A stretch of DNA of 64,000 bases from Octopus sinensis (taxonomy: Eukaryota), in NCBI RefSeq assembly GCF_006345805.1, contig NC_043001.1:23684001-23748000 (forward strand), given 5' to 3'. Positions 1 through 12,447 of the stretch are shown one piece after another. A model generated the notes under the pieces. The model was not told the DNA's origin. It did not search any database and saw only the letters and a list, made by a program, of their open reading frames with translations. The first letter of the stretch is position 1, and every line of letters begins with the position of its first letter. The position numbers and the translations under genes are program-made.

Positions 1-2058
1 AAAACATTCAACATAGCTCTTCTAACCCCCCCAACGGTGATGTGCTATAAACAATAGTTAAATAGCTCTTAACTTTTTTCTATAGTGAAACCATATTCAA
101 CACCGTATTAATGAAACTGTTTCTCTCACCATGATACATAGGATCTTTTAAAAAACCTTTTTTATTACTCAAACGAAAAATATATGAATCTAGACATTTC
201 TTTTTCAAAGTTTTTTCCCCACCAAAATAATTTATAAATTTCTTTTTTTTCGAAAGTCCTCTTCTCACTTGCGAAAAAAAAAAAAATCCCCACAAATTTC
301 TTTAATAATCGTAATCTATGCCGTTTGAAAGGTATTTATATAAAATTTCATTAAAAGATATCCATTTTTCTAAAAGTTACGAAGGAAAAAATCGGATCTT
401 GTGAATTTTCCGAAAGTTTTCTTCCCAACACACCCAATTCGTTAGCGCAAATTTTTGTTTTCATACTAGTTTAATACACGTTTTTTTTTTGTGGTCGGAA
501 AGCTACTAGAGTGGCTTTGGACACAAAAAGGCGGCGTGTTGTTGCTGCAATGGATGCAAGTCGGGGCTCAATCAATCCCGGCTGAATCAACTGGGTCCAA
601 TGTGGAAAAACTCGAAACATCCTGCGACCCCATGAACATCGCAGACGATGTTTCCCAGAGCATCCGAAAAATATATCTCGCAACATAGAGATTTTGCATG
701 GACACCTTCAACTTCGCCTGTAATTTTAGGTGCAGTAAAGAAGTGTAATTATTGTTCTTGATTGCAGGACATGGCTGTTCTCACTCATAAACATAAATCA
801 TCGATTGAAGTTACTCGAGGAGCTTCTACGTGGTCGTTCGCTAGAAACAGCAGCTAAATCTTCTTTCAAACAAGCATCTACTGTCCGTTTTATAACGAAA
901 TATGGGGATAATGATGGTAGTATAGGAGCAAAAAACGGAATAAATGCTTCTCTTCCACTTCCGTCAGTGCATGCATTAAATAAAAGGCGGTATAGTAGAG
1001 TGCGAGAAAATAGTTTTAAAATAACATAGACACTTACATAGATAATCTTTCATGTTTGGAAAATAGGTAGAGGTATTTTCACTTTCACTATTGAAGGTGG
1101 TGGGAGCGAAACACGAATAAGTCCCGCGAGTTGATTGAATCAAAAGCAGCAAAATCAGTCATAGAGAATTTCGTTCGTTAAAAAAATTAGTGCCGTGTTT
1201 TATTAGAGTTCCCTCCTAATAAATAAATAAAAGCTTATCTTATGTAAATTACAATATGATAGAAACTACAAGCTGTTGGTTGAAGTTTAGAAGTTGGCGG
1301 CTCGAATGAAACGAATAACATTTCATATAAAAACCCATTTGAACTTAGTAATTGTATGAGATGTAACAGCTGCACTTTTGTTTGGTGTTTCTAATAGAGC
1401 AATACGGAAGTGTGTGCGTATATACACTGAGCAACAATTATCCCTTCACCGTCTTTGTTTTCCGTATAACTTTGGTAAAAGACGAATATTTTTTAATGAA
1501 ATTCCCCAGAGATATGTTTTAGATAATATAGATCATGTTGGAAAAAAAAACTGTAACAAAAACAAAACAAAAAATGTTTTGGAGGAGCTTTGGATAATCT
1601 CTCCTTCATCCACACTTTCGTTCCTCAACTTTTATACATACAACCAGCGCTGGTTTGTTTATATAACCGTAAATTAGAGGTTCGGCAAATAGAATCGATA
1701 AACAGGTAGTAGATTTACTGGAGGGGTTCAATTTTTCCAGCTAAACCAGACATGGGTAGCCTTTTTCGAGAAGCGGGCCGCATGGGACATGGTTCATCAT
1801 CAAACAGGATACAGGTTGCACACAAGTGAACTAAACCCTTCCTTCAAGGCAGTGCCACTTACTTGCATGATCGCAGTCCAGCGAATGGAACAAGTAATTG
1901 CGACACATACACATCACTCGGTGTATGCGAGCGAATGTAAATATCAAAGATAGAAACGCAAAGAGCGCTGATGAATTTTTTGTTCAATAAAAAGGAGAAA
2001 AACCAAAATGAGCGTTGATCATAATGATTGATAGAATGGCAAATATTAACTTACTTAC

Positions 2059-2380
2059 ATGTTTCCTTGCAATTCTTTGAGTCATCGTTACCATTTGTAT
2101 TATTTGGTGGGTTATCCTGCACGTTAACCTTTCCTTGTGTCCCATCATTATTACTGGAATCTTTTTTAATGTTTTTGTTTTCCGTATTCGCTGTTGCAGT
2201 CGGGTTGTTTCTTTTCCTGGTCTTCCTGTTACCCAAGAACCATATTCTCTTAATATTTCGAATAGTGTACATAGCAGATATTACCATTATGACTATTGTG
2301 GCTAAAATCGACAAACAAATTATGTAAATATTTCCGTATGGACCGTTTTCAGCCTCACTGACTCCGCTTTTAGACTCCAT
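2059..2380 (-). CDS. First coding exon of an unidentified single-pass (signal-anchor) membrane protein; downstream exons not identified
   Basis: ATG at 2380 gives MESKSGVSEAENGPYGNIYIICLSILATIVIMVISAMYTIRNIKRIWFLGNRKTRKR...KNCKET: about 22-aa hydrophobic segment, then a basic cluster and an Asn-rich linker. Ends at a consensus GTAAGT donor (2058-2053). Candidate acceptor AG at 2389-2388. Confidence 0.6.
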
Positions 2381-2389
2381 AATATTTCT

Positions 2390-2615
2390 TGAATTGCAAT
2401 AATTTGAAAAAAAAAAAATGAAATGTAAATAAAAATATTCTTCTTCTCCCAAAGTCAGTCCACGATTCAACCAGAAGCAACAGTAAAATTTGTTTACTGC
2501 ATGTTACTATAAAAACACGAATTGTGAGCAACGAGCTATAAGGCGGAACGAACCGAAATCCAGTCTTATTCAAGAGCAGGGCACTGTTTACTTAAATTAT
2601 TCAGCTTGCAGGAAG
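2390..2615. promoter_or_regulatory. Probable bidirectional promoter / 5' UTR region between divergent genes
   Basis: 235 bp separate the two divergent start codons (2380 on -, 2616 on +); repeat-free; GGCGGAA ETS-like motif near 2541. Transcription start sites are not directly visible. Confidence 0.45.
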
Positions 2616-2631
2616 ATGTCTAATCACTCGG
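2616..2631 (+). CDS. NUBP2: NUBP2 exon 1 (MSNHS + G, phase 1)
   Basis: ATG TCT AAT CAC TCG G|GTGAGA donor. Phase 1 joins exon 2 (G+AG = Glu) to give MSNHSESDV. A 16-nt coding first exon matches my recollection of human NUBP2. Confidence 0.7.
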
Positions 2632-4194
2632 GTGAGATATTTGTCAATGTTATCAATTTAAGCTCGATCTCTGAACGATGATTTGTTATTTTGTATTTAT
2701 ATTTTTCTCTCTAAATTTAATCGTTTAAAAAATAACGTAAAAAAAGCAACTTATCATAAGTTGCTTGCAACAATTGATTATTAGTATATTTATATATTTA
2801 TACATATGCCTTTTAATCCTATAAGAATAGCGTGTTTCGAGGGAATTAAAGGAATTGATTTTTGGTATGTATGTACATATGTGGCTAAGGGACAGTTAGA
2901 CAAAATAATTTCACATCCCCATGCATATGTTCATTTATATTTTATGGATAATTGGTATCGTACTAAAGCTTTACGAAAACCTCATCGGATATTACTGAAA
3001 GTATGCGCTCACTGTAGCTTCGATCACAAACCTGTTGACTTTCAATAGATATTTTTTGATTGGTTAACTGTTAGTATTAGGAATGTGTATAACTGGATGG
3101 TTAAAAGAACATCATTGACAACATATAGAGTCACATGTTTCACCTATTTATTACGAACCATCGAAGGGGGTCTTTACGTAATCGCCCGACCTGCTAGAAA
3201 CAGTACGAAATGCCGTACATAAATAAAAAATATAGCAATGATAATGTAGACCAACGTGCTCCTAACAAGTCGGGATGGTCACAACTGGAATGCTTTTGGT
3301 AAATTTGCTATATGTTATGGTTTCTACAATGTACTTCGTTGAATTTTGGGATATGTTAGTAAGAAAATACCGCTTTCAGTTTCTTAAGACAATATTGTCT
3401 TAATATTATTTTGCTTTATTTTAAGTTAAAAGCCACTTCTGGAATTGGGCTTTTGATTTTAATTTGAGCTGACCTTTTTTTTTAATCATGTGGTTCTTGC
3501 TGATAAATATATTTTCTCAAATCACACAGTACAGGTTTTTCCCCCTAAAGATGGGCACGTCTGGGAATTGTTGTCTGTCTAGCACTAAGCAGCAATATAT
3601 ATATTTAGAAGGCAACGTGCATAGAAAGAAGACAACACGGGAAGGACAAGTTTTAACACACTCACACACACGTATTTAAAGTTGGTTTCTTATATTCTCA
3701 GTAATTAAGAAAAATTAACCTCTTTAAAGTTCCTTCCATTGAATATTTCGACACTATATCATCATGTTTTTTTTTCTATATAGTTCATATTTATTGACAT
3801 TCTTATGTGAAATACAAAGGCATTAAATTATTTATTCTCATTGACTGATTGCCTTATTTGCGATCTCAGGTTTTCGGAACAAGGGAGATAATAATCAAGA
3901 AAACTTGCGACTTGGATCATCCCATGTGAAGAGGTGACGGTTGTCACTTGATTCTCCAGAGATGAATTAAGCTATTTCATTTCTTACCCTAACACTTTTA
4001 AGATTATATTGTGTCCATTTGCTGTAGTCAAAGCCATATTACATTCAAAGAAAGGGGTAACCAATTTGGCTACCGTATAGAGTGGCCAAAACACGTGTTA
4101 AGCCACGGTCCCCCTTCGTATACTGTAACTTTACTGATTGTCACTCGTGTCCCAACCATTTCTATTAAACTAATCGTCCCCTGCTCGAAATCTT

Positions 4195-4365
4195 GTCGAT
4201 CCTTCGGTATAGGTACCGTAAGTACCGGAAGTGGCTTTGTTTACATTTCTGAAGGTAACAGAAACCCCTTTCTCCCACCCCTAGCACTAACCCTAACCCC
4301 CCCATATATATAAAAAAAAACACACTTTCTTGAAATGTATCCGGTTCCTATACCGAAGTTACGCC
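4195..4365. mobile_element. 171-bp non-autonomous TIR element with 8-bp TSD and CTAACCCTAACC core (Merlin-like?)
   Basis: TSD GAAATCTT at 4187-4194 and 4366-4373; inverted CTTCGGTATAGG(T/A)ACCG at both ends; internal telomere-like motif. Confidence 0.6.
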
Positions 4366-5285
4366 GAAATCTTCAATCCCCTTCTTCCAATTCCTACGTC
4401 TTAGCTGACTTCGAAGCATAGTCTCCAACTTTCATTCAGATTCCAAGAGACGCAATATTTCTTCGACTGGTTGTGGGTGTAGCTCTTTAACTAACAAACC
4501 AGAGCTATCAACTGCATCGCAGCACCCCCGAAAACTACAGCAGACCTCCCTGTTTGACATTTCACTCAGTCATCCTTCCATTAAAACGTATCCCCTGTAA
4601 CTTCCAGCTTATAGTCTCCGACTTGTAACTTTCATGGTATTTGCCGCACCGTCTTGTTTACACTTAACTTTTGCAGTCGTCACACTGCAGCCATCCTGGG
4701 GTACTGCCTTGAAGGGTTTAGTTAATTAAAATGACCTCAGTATTATTAGTCTGGTATTCATTCTATCGAACGTAACACCGGGCGAAATGCGTAGCCGTAT
4801 TTCGTCTGTCGTTACGTTCTGAGTTCAAATTCCGCCGAGGTCGACTTTGCCTTTCATCCTTTCGGGGTCGATAAATAAAGTACCAGTTTCCCAGTTGGGT
4901 CGATGTAATCGACTTAATCCCTTTGTCTGTTCTTGTTTGTCCCCTCTATGTTTAGCCCATTGTGGGCAGTAAAGAAATACGTTCTATCGTTCTCCTTTTG
5001 CCGAAATACTAAGTTTCAGGAATGTAAATCAACCAAAGCCGGTTATCGGACAGTGAGAGACAAATGCGAATGAGTGTTTGTGTGTACCTTGTTTTGGCGT
5101 CACATAATTGTTATAAATAAGCATCATCATCATACAAGTTTGTTTGTTTCCAATTTTCCGGTAATAACATGTCTGGCCATGGAAAAATATCTTGTTTTGA
5201 AACAAGTAACAGGAAGAGCATCCTGCTGTAGAAAATCTGCCTCAGTAAATTCCATCTAGGTTGATGCTGCTGCTGCTGCTGATGA

Positions 5286-5324
<39 letters not shown>

Positions 5325-5587
5325 CACACAAACACAAAAATTCTATAATTATGAGTATAATTATAATTAGGGTTCAGCAAAATTTGCTTCCCCACATACC
5401 GAAATTTAGAACTAGCAGTTAAAAACTACTATTCTACTACTATAAGATGTATCCCAGACAGCAATACAAGGGGCTAACGTTTCTGCCAAGCTCGCCGCCT
5501 TAATATTGACACAATATTGTCACTTACATGATGTAAATTGAATTTTACATATTATATCGATATAGTTTTGAACAGCGTGCTGGAAGC

Positions 5588-5627
5588 GGGGGATTAGCTC
5601 AAGTGGTAGAGCGCTCGCTTAGCATGC
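5588..5627 (+). pseudogene. 5' fragment (40 nt) of tRNA-Ala(AGC)
   Basis: GGGGGATTAGCTCAAGTGGTAGAGCGCTCGCTTAGCATGC: acceptor 5' strand, D arm and anticodon loop (AGC at 5621-5623). T arm and 3' acceptor strand are absent. Confidence 0.85.
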
Positions 5628-6323
5628 AGGTAAAGAGAAAAAATAATGAATCTACCCGGCTCTGATTAACTGTATACTCGTTTCGGAGTTAGAGAGATGT
5701 GAAAAATGTAAAATCATATTTCTACTCTATCATTCTCCTCTTCAGTACGGTAATTCAAGATTTTAAATTTGTGAGCACTAAAAATTAACATCCTTATCTA
5801 ACCAAGGGACATCAGACAATGCATATCCAACAACCAGCAATGCATCAATCTCATCAGGAAAGATATAAATAGCAAACCCATCAAACAGACATGTTAACAG
5901 AAATAGAAAGTCCTATAAAATGTAAAGTATTTATATTCATATGCATACATGCGTACACACACTCAGATATGTGATGTGTAAATATAAACATTATATACCT
6001 ACAAAAAAACACAAATGTATACAAACACACACATATATATATATATACATAAGTCACATATTTGAGTGTGTGTGTATGCATGTGCATATGAATATAAATA
6101 TGTTACATTTTATAGGACTTTCTATTTCTGTTAACATATGTAGAAGAATTATTCAAGATATAAATGGTTTAACAACGTCCTGAGAGTTTGTCTCTCTTGC
6201 ACACCACATCTGATGCCTCTTATGCCCAGCTTTTCTCTCAAGATGCTTACACTCTGTTGTACATGCACACTGACATTGCACATCCAGCAAAGCATACTGG
6301 CTTCATTTCTTTCAGTATATATA

Positions 6324-6505
6324 CATCATCATCATCATCGTTTAATGTCCGTTTTCCATGCTAGCATGGGTTGGACGATTTGACTGAGATCTGACGAACC
6401 AGATGGCTGCACCAGACTCCAATCTGATTTGGCAGAGTTTCTACAGTTGGATGCCCTTCCTAATGCCAACCACTCCGAAAGTGTAGTGGGTGCTTTTATG
6501 TGCCA
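6324..6505 (-). mobile_element. 5'-truncated RTE LINE 3' tail
   Basis: Reverse complement of the 3' end of the 16944-18687 LINE, including the (GAT)n tail. Confidence 0.8.
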
Positions 6506-7894
6506 ACGACACACACGCATGCACGCGCGCGTGTGCGCACACACACACACACACATGCACACACTCACACAGGTCTTCTTTCAGTTTCTGTCAACCGGAT
6601 CCACTCACAAGGCTTTGGTTGGCCTGAGGCTACAGTAGAAGACACTTGCCCAAGGTGCCGTGCAGTGGGACTGAACCTGGAACTATGTGGTTGGGAAGCA
6701 AGCTTGTTACTACACAGCCAAGCCTTTCACGTGAAGATAAGAGAAAAGTTTGAGAGATGTTTTTTCAAGGTTTTTGATAATTCTTTTGGGGTGGTTTGAT
6801 TGTTTACGGATATACTGAAATTTTTCGTTACCTTTCTGGTATTGTTTATAGATACTTCATTCCAGGTCGAGGGTAACATCTAGGATGTTGACTGACTTTA
6901 GCTGTGTTTCTATTGTGATTGAGAAACCCCAGTTTTTGAAGAAGTGATGTCGATCCTCCCTAAATTTATCTGTTTTTTTTTTTTTGTGCATTATATTTTC
7001 TTAGCAGGAGTAGACCTCGTGAGATGGATGAAAATTTGTTGCGTAATTTTTCTCATATGTAAAGATCCGCAATATTGTTTGTCACTGCCAAGTCCTTTAA
7101 CCCTTTGGTGTTCGCATTATTCTGCCAAAATTAATGCTTTTCCATCCACATTGTTTTGAACTAATCATGCATTATCTTGTAGCTATGAGATTTTGATGAG
7201 GTAGCTGTTAATTTTTAAAACGATATTGTAGGGTTGGTGTGAGAAACCGGATCTGGCCAGTTTGAACTTAAAACAGGCAGAATACTTTTGGCCGGATATG
7301 GCTGGTTTAAATGCTAAAGGGTTAATCCCATGCTTACATCAAATGGTTCTTTTGTGTTTCTCTTAATGAAGAAAGCTTTGTTGTGGAAGATGAGCGATTT
7401 TCTTGCTTGCAGTACTGTTTCAATTTCAGTATCACTTATTGTGGTTATGGTTTTAGTGAAGTTCAAAGCAGCTGTAAGGAGAGGTTTTGTTATTGATGCA
7501 TAACAGTCTTTTATGTCAAACTGGAAGAAATGGCATTTACTTTTGTTTAGGATTTTGTTGAACCAGTAACTTTGTAACTGTTATTCCATAGAGGTAATGT
7601 TGATTTTGTTTAGTCTATGATTTTTTTTTACTAATGATGACTATGTCTGGTTTTGGATATAAGCATAGTTTGTGAAAAGATGATTTTTAACTCAACAGAG
7701 ACTGTGTAAAGGCAAGACTAACTCTGATGCATTGCAATCTGACATTGGCTTGGCTGGTCAAAACTTTGAAGTCACTGTCAACAATATTCTTGTATAAGAA
7801 AAACAAATTTGTACTCTACAAAAGTATAGAGTAACCCATCAGTTTTTATCATAACTGAACCTTTGAACACACACACACACACATGTATGTGTGT

Positions 7895-8140
7895 ATGTAT
7901 CTTATTTCTTTACTGCCCAAAAGTGGCTACACACAGAGGGGGCAAACAAAGACAGACAAACTGATTAAGTCGATTATATATCGATCCCAGTGCGTAACTG
8001 ATACTTAATTTAATCGACCCCGAAAGGATGAAAGGCAAAGTTGACCATGGCAGAATTTGAACTCAGAACATAGTGGCAGACGAAATACTGGTAAGCATTT
8101 TGCCTGGCGTGCTAACGTTTCTGCCAGCTCGCCACCTTTA
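7895..8140 (-). mobile_element. tRNA-derived SINE, family A
   Basis: Reverse copy of GGCGAGCTGGCAGAAACGTTAGC...GAGTTCAAATTC (B-box-like)...CTTTCATCCTTTCGGGGTCGAT...AAAGAAATA. Confidence 0.85.
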
Positions 8141-8671
8141 TATATGTATATATCTATGTGATTGTGTCTCTCTGTCATGACAGCGCATGGTTGTTGTAAA
8201 TAAATGTCATTCATTTCCAAAGTTCTGTGAAAATGTATCTGACCTATGGAAGCATGGAAAAGTGGATGTTAAAATGACTCTGATGACAGGCAGAGAATAC
8301 TTGTCATTACAATCAAAAAAAAAAAAAAAAAGAAAAGATAATTTAAACACAGAACAAAACAATTGAATACAACATGAAAAAAAACCCACAAGCATAGATA
8401 TATATTATTTTATTCATTTCAGCTATGCAGCTGTGGTCATGCTGGAGCGCAGCTGTTGTCTGACTGTCAAAATGTGTACATATGTTGACATTTACTCCAT
8501 GTAAATCATGTTTTTTGCTCAGATATTGAAAAGTTTGGTTCTATCCCCTACACTCTTCTTCCTATACATCAATGGAATTCTTGCTGTTGTCTTGAACAAT
8601 GTTTACTTCAACATACCAATTTACTCTGCATAACAGGAGGAGTTTGTGTGTCTGTGTTTGTCACAAACATA

Positions 8672-9043
8672 GGCACAAGAGTGGCTGTGTGGTAAGTCGC
8701 TTGCTTACCGACCACAGGGTCCCAGGTTCAGTCCCACTGTGTGGCACTTTGGGCAAGTGTCTTCTACTATAGCCTCAGGCTGACCAAATCCTTGTGAGTG
8801 GATTTGGTAGACGGAAACTGAAAGAAGCCTGTTGTATATGTATGTTTGTGTTTGTCACCCCAACATTGCTTGACAACTAATGTTGGTGTGTTTACGTCCC
8901 CGTAACTTAGCGGTTCGGCAAAAGTGACCGATAGAATAAGTACTAGGCTTACAAAGAATAAGCTCTGGGGTCGATTTCTCGACTAAAGGCGATGCGCCAG
9001 CATGGCCGCAGTCAAATGACAAATAAGTAAAAGAATTAAAAGA
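8672..9043 (+). mobile_element. tRNA-derived SINE, family B (CORE-like segment, internal microsatellite)
   Basis: GTGGCTGTGTGGTAAG head, GGTTCAGTCCC B-box-like, TTGGGCAAGTGTCTTCT CORE-like segment, tail CAGCATGGCCGCAGTCAAATGAC. Confidence 0.85.
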
Positions 9044-9214
9044 ACAAAACATTGTCGAAAGTGAAGTGGTGTTCTTTGATGACAATATTAATGATCAAAT
9101 ATTCACTTTCAAATTTGCCAGAATATTTTAAGAATCAATAGACACATTATTGGTTCATTTCTTGCTGTTCTTCTTGCGTCCCATAAATTAGTAGTTTCCT
9201 TTCTATTATCTTTT

Positions 9215-10115
9215 TCATTATCAGTCATTTGACTGTGGCCATGCTGGATCACTGTCTTTAGTCGAGCAAATCGATCCCAGGACTTATTCTTTGTAAGCCT
9301 AGTACTTATTCTATCGGTCTCTTTTGCCGAACCACTAAGTTACGAGAACGTAACACACCACTATCAGTTGTCAAGCGATGTTGGGGGGACAAACACACAC
9401 ACAGACACACAAACATATACACACATACATATATCATCATCATCATCATCGTTTAACGTCCGCTTTCCATGCTAGCATGGGTTGGACGATTATGACTGAG
9501 GGTTGGCAAACCAGATGGCTGCACCAGGCTCCAATCTTGATCTGGCAGAGTTTCTACAGCTGGATGCCCTTCCTAACACCAACCACTCCGAGAGTGTAGT
9601 GGGTGCTTTTTACATGCCACCAGCATGGGGGCCACTCAGGCGGTACTGGCAATGACCTTGTTTGAATCTTTTTACACGTGCCACCAGCACAGGTGCCAGT
9701 GAAGCGACGTTGGTAACAATCACGCTCGAATGGTGCCCTTTTATGTGCCACGGCTGCTCTGGCAACGATCATGCACGGATGGTGCTCTTGGCACCCTACT
9801 AGCACAGGCATAAGTGCCAGTAAGGCAATGCTGATAATGATCATACTCGAATAGCTGCTCTGTCAACGATCACACTCGTATGGTGCTCTTTGCACCCCAC
9901 TAGCACGGATGCCAGTCATCGAATTGATTTTGATTTCACTTGTCTCAGCATACGATGGGCTTCTTTCAGTTTCTGTCTACCAAATCTACTCACAAGGCTT
10001 TAGTCAGCCTGATGCTATAGTAGAAGACACTTGCCCAAGGTGCCATGCAATGTGACTGAACCTGGAACCATGTGGTTGGTAAGCAAGCTACTTACCAAAC
10101 AGCCACTCCTATGCC
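9215..10115 (-). mobile_element. SINE family B with an RTE 3' tail (about 9433-9950) nested in its microsatellite
   Basis: Both halves of the family B consensus flank an RTE tail. Confidence 0.8.
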
Positions 10116-10284
10116 TATAATTATAAAGATATTCATATTCAAATTTACTTACGTATTTCGCTTATGCTAATATGATATCAGGCGAATAACATTAAATTAT
10201 TTTCACCATGATCATTTAATTTACGGAGATGTACTTGCATAGCGAGTGACTTGATCTGAGATCGTGTGCTGGAACGAAAACAAT

Positions 10285-10427
10285 TGCAGCGTGAAAGGTG
10301 TTTATAAGCGATTTAAGAAACACACAAAGCGACGAAAATATTTTAACAAATTAAATTTAAATGTTGAAGTGAATCTAACGGTTTTTGTGAGTTTCTTAAA
10401 TGGCTTAGAAACACCTTCCACGCTGCA
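10285..10427. repeat. 44-bp imperfect inverted repeat (MITE-like)
   Basis: 10285-10328 versus reverse complement of 10384-10427, 4 mismatches, 55-bp spacer. Confidence 0.7.
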
Positions 10428-10921
10428 TTTAATTTACTTTATCTTTTAAATTTCCAATTACATTCAACCATGGAGTAGTTATCTCCCTTCCATAATTAGT
10501 TTTTGTCAGTGCTGCAGAGAAGTGATGTTATTTTAGTACATCGTGTTAAGCTCACAATAATTAACACACATTGGAGATATGATCATAGATTGCTGACTGA
10601 CTTAAACAACAAACTATGAAAAACCAGGTACAAAGGTTGTGCAAGAAGACTGAATAATAAAATAAAAATAATTTTTTCTTAACATTCAAGTATCTTTAGC
10701 ATGACCTTATTATCAGGTTATATTTTGATAAAAGTTGCTTTTAGCCTATATTTCATTTTCTCAGCTTGCTTACTGTGACCATAACTACAATCTGGTTCTG
10801 ACTTCGGGTTGGTTACTCCATTTCAACGGTGAGGGACGAAAAAAAAAAATACCTTTAAAAGTTTAATCCTGAAAAGTGTTATTGGAATAAGTTTTTCTGA
10901 AATAAAATATTCACATATTCA

Positions 10922-11086
10922 GGCGTAAGAGTGGCTGTGTGGTAAGTAGCTTGCTTACCAACCACATAGCTCTGGGTTCAGTCCCACTGCGTGACACCTT
11001 GGGCAAGTGTCTTCTACTATAGCCTCGGTCCGACCAAAGCCTTGTGAGTGGATTTGGTAGACGGAAACTGAAAGAAGCTTGTCGTA

Positions 11087-11131
<45 letters not shown>

Positions 11132-11345
11132 ATATGTTTATGTGTCTGTGCTTGTCCCCCAACATCGCTTGACAACCGATGGTGATGTGTTTACGTCCCC
11201 GTAACTTAGTGGTTCGGCAAAAAGAGACCGATAGAATAAGTACTAGGCTTCCAACGAATAAGTCCTGGGGTCGATTTGCTTTCGACTAAAGGCGGTGCTT
11301 CAGCATGGCCACAGTCAAATGACTGAAACAAGTAAAAGAGTAAAG
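10922..11345 (+). mobile_element. SINE family B, full length
   Basis: Same head, core, (TA/TG)n and tail organisation as 8672-9043. Confidence 0.85.
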
Positions 11346-11737
11346 GGTATAGTTTGGATTTATGTTGGGATGTTGCAAACGAAAGATGCTTTCTATCCAT
11401 TTGGTTTTGGGTTCAGTCTCACCATGCAGCGCCTTGGGCTAGTGTCTTCTATTATAGCCCTGGGCTGACCACACAAGCACGCATGCATTACTTTTTCATA
11501 CTTTAGTTTACTGAGAAGTGAAAACCAGATGTAAGTTGAGAATTCATACAATAGTGAAAGCTATAAAACATACTTTAGGTTTTCACTTAGCATGGGAGAT
11601 AAAACCCTGACACCTCCAGTGCCGGGACCACTAGATCATGTGATTTCGACCTTCCTTGGTCTTGTCAAAAGGGTTAATTCAGAAGATAGGTAGTTGATAT
11701 AATATAATCAGAAATGGTACGCTGGCGCCAGAAATCA

Positions 11738-12148
11738 GGCAGTGAGCTGGCAGAAACGTTAGCACACCGGGCGAAATACCTAACGGCATTTCGTCTGTCT
11801 TTATGTTCTGAGTTCAAATTCCGCTGGGGTTGACATTTGGATTGCTTGGCACTTCTTTGTTTATGATTGGCTTTCATTCCTTGTTGGTTGGCATATTGCA
11901 GAAACAGTAACTTAAAGGTGGCAAGCTGGCAGAAACGTTAGCACACTGGGCGAAATGCTTAGTGGTATTTCGTCTGCCGCTACGTTCTGAGTTCAAATTC
12001 CACCGAGGTCGACTTTGCCTTTCATCCTTTCGGGGTCGATAAATTAAGTACCAGTTATGCACTGGGGGCGATGTAATTGACTTAATCCCTTTGTCTGTCC
12101 TTGTTTGTCCCCTCTATGTTTAGCCCCTTGTGGGCAATAAAGAAATAA
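11738..12148 (+). mobile_element. Two SINE family A copies (partial plus full) separated by a 70-bp segment also present at 43673
   Basis: Family A consensus at about 11738-11835 and 11915-12148. Confidence 0.8.
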
Positions 12149-12322
12149 GAGATGGTGCCAAAACGGTTAAGTGTCAAGCCAAAGTAACACTTATCAAATA
12201 GTAGGAATTTAAAATCAGTTTTTTTTGTATAGCTTTTGAAATCATTATTCTTTCTTTATTTCTTTGTCATTTATTTGCAGTTGGAATGTGTTTTTCTTAT
12301 TTTTCTTTTTGTTTTAATCCAG

Positions 12323-12447
12323 AGTCTGATGTTAGCCATTTGTCTGGTGTGAAGCATGTGATACTCGTTCTGTCAGGCAAAGGTGGTGTCGGTAAGAGTA
12401 CCGTTGCTGTTCAACTTGCACTCGGACTACTAAAAGCTGGGAAAAAG
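12323..12447 (+). CDS. NUBP2: NUBP2 exon 2 (deviant Walker [11 protein letters not shown])
   Basis: ccag|AG TCT GAT ... AAA AAG|gtaaat; [42 protein letters not shown]. Confidence 0.97.

Noticed and set aside
491-760. GC-richer stretch with ORFs on both strands; considered as the next exon of the - strand gene or a Tc1/mariner remnant
   Set aside because: Joining via the ACAG acceptor near 718 gives early stops or unrecognisable peptide; transposase-like words are too weak to call
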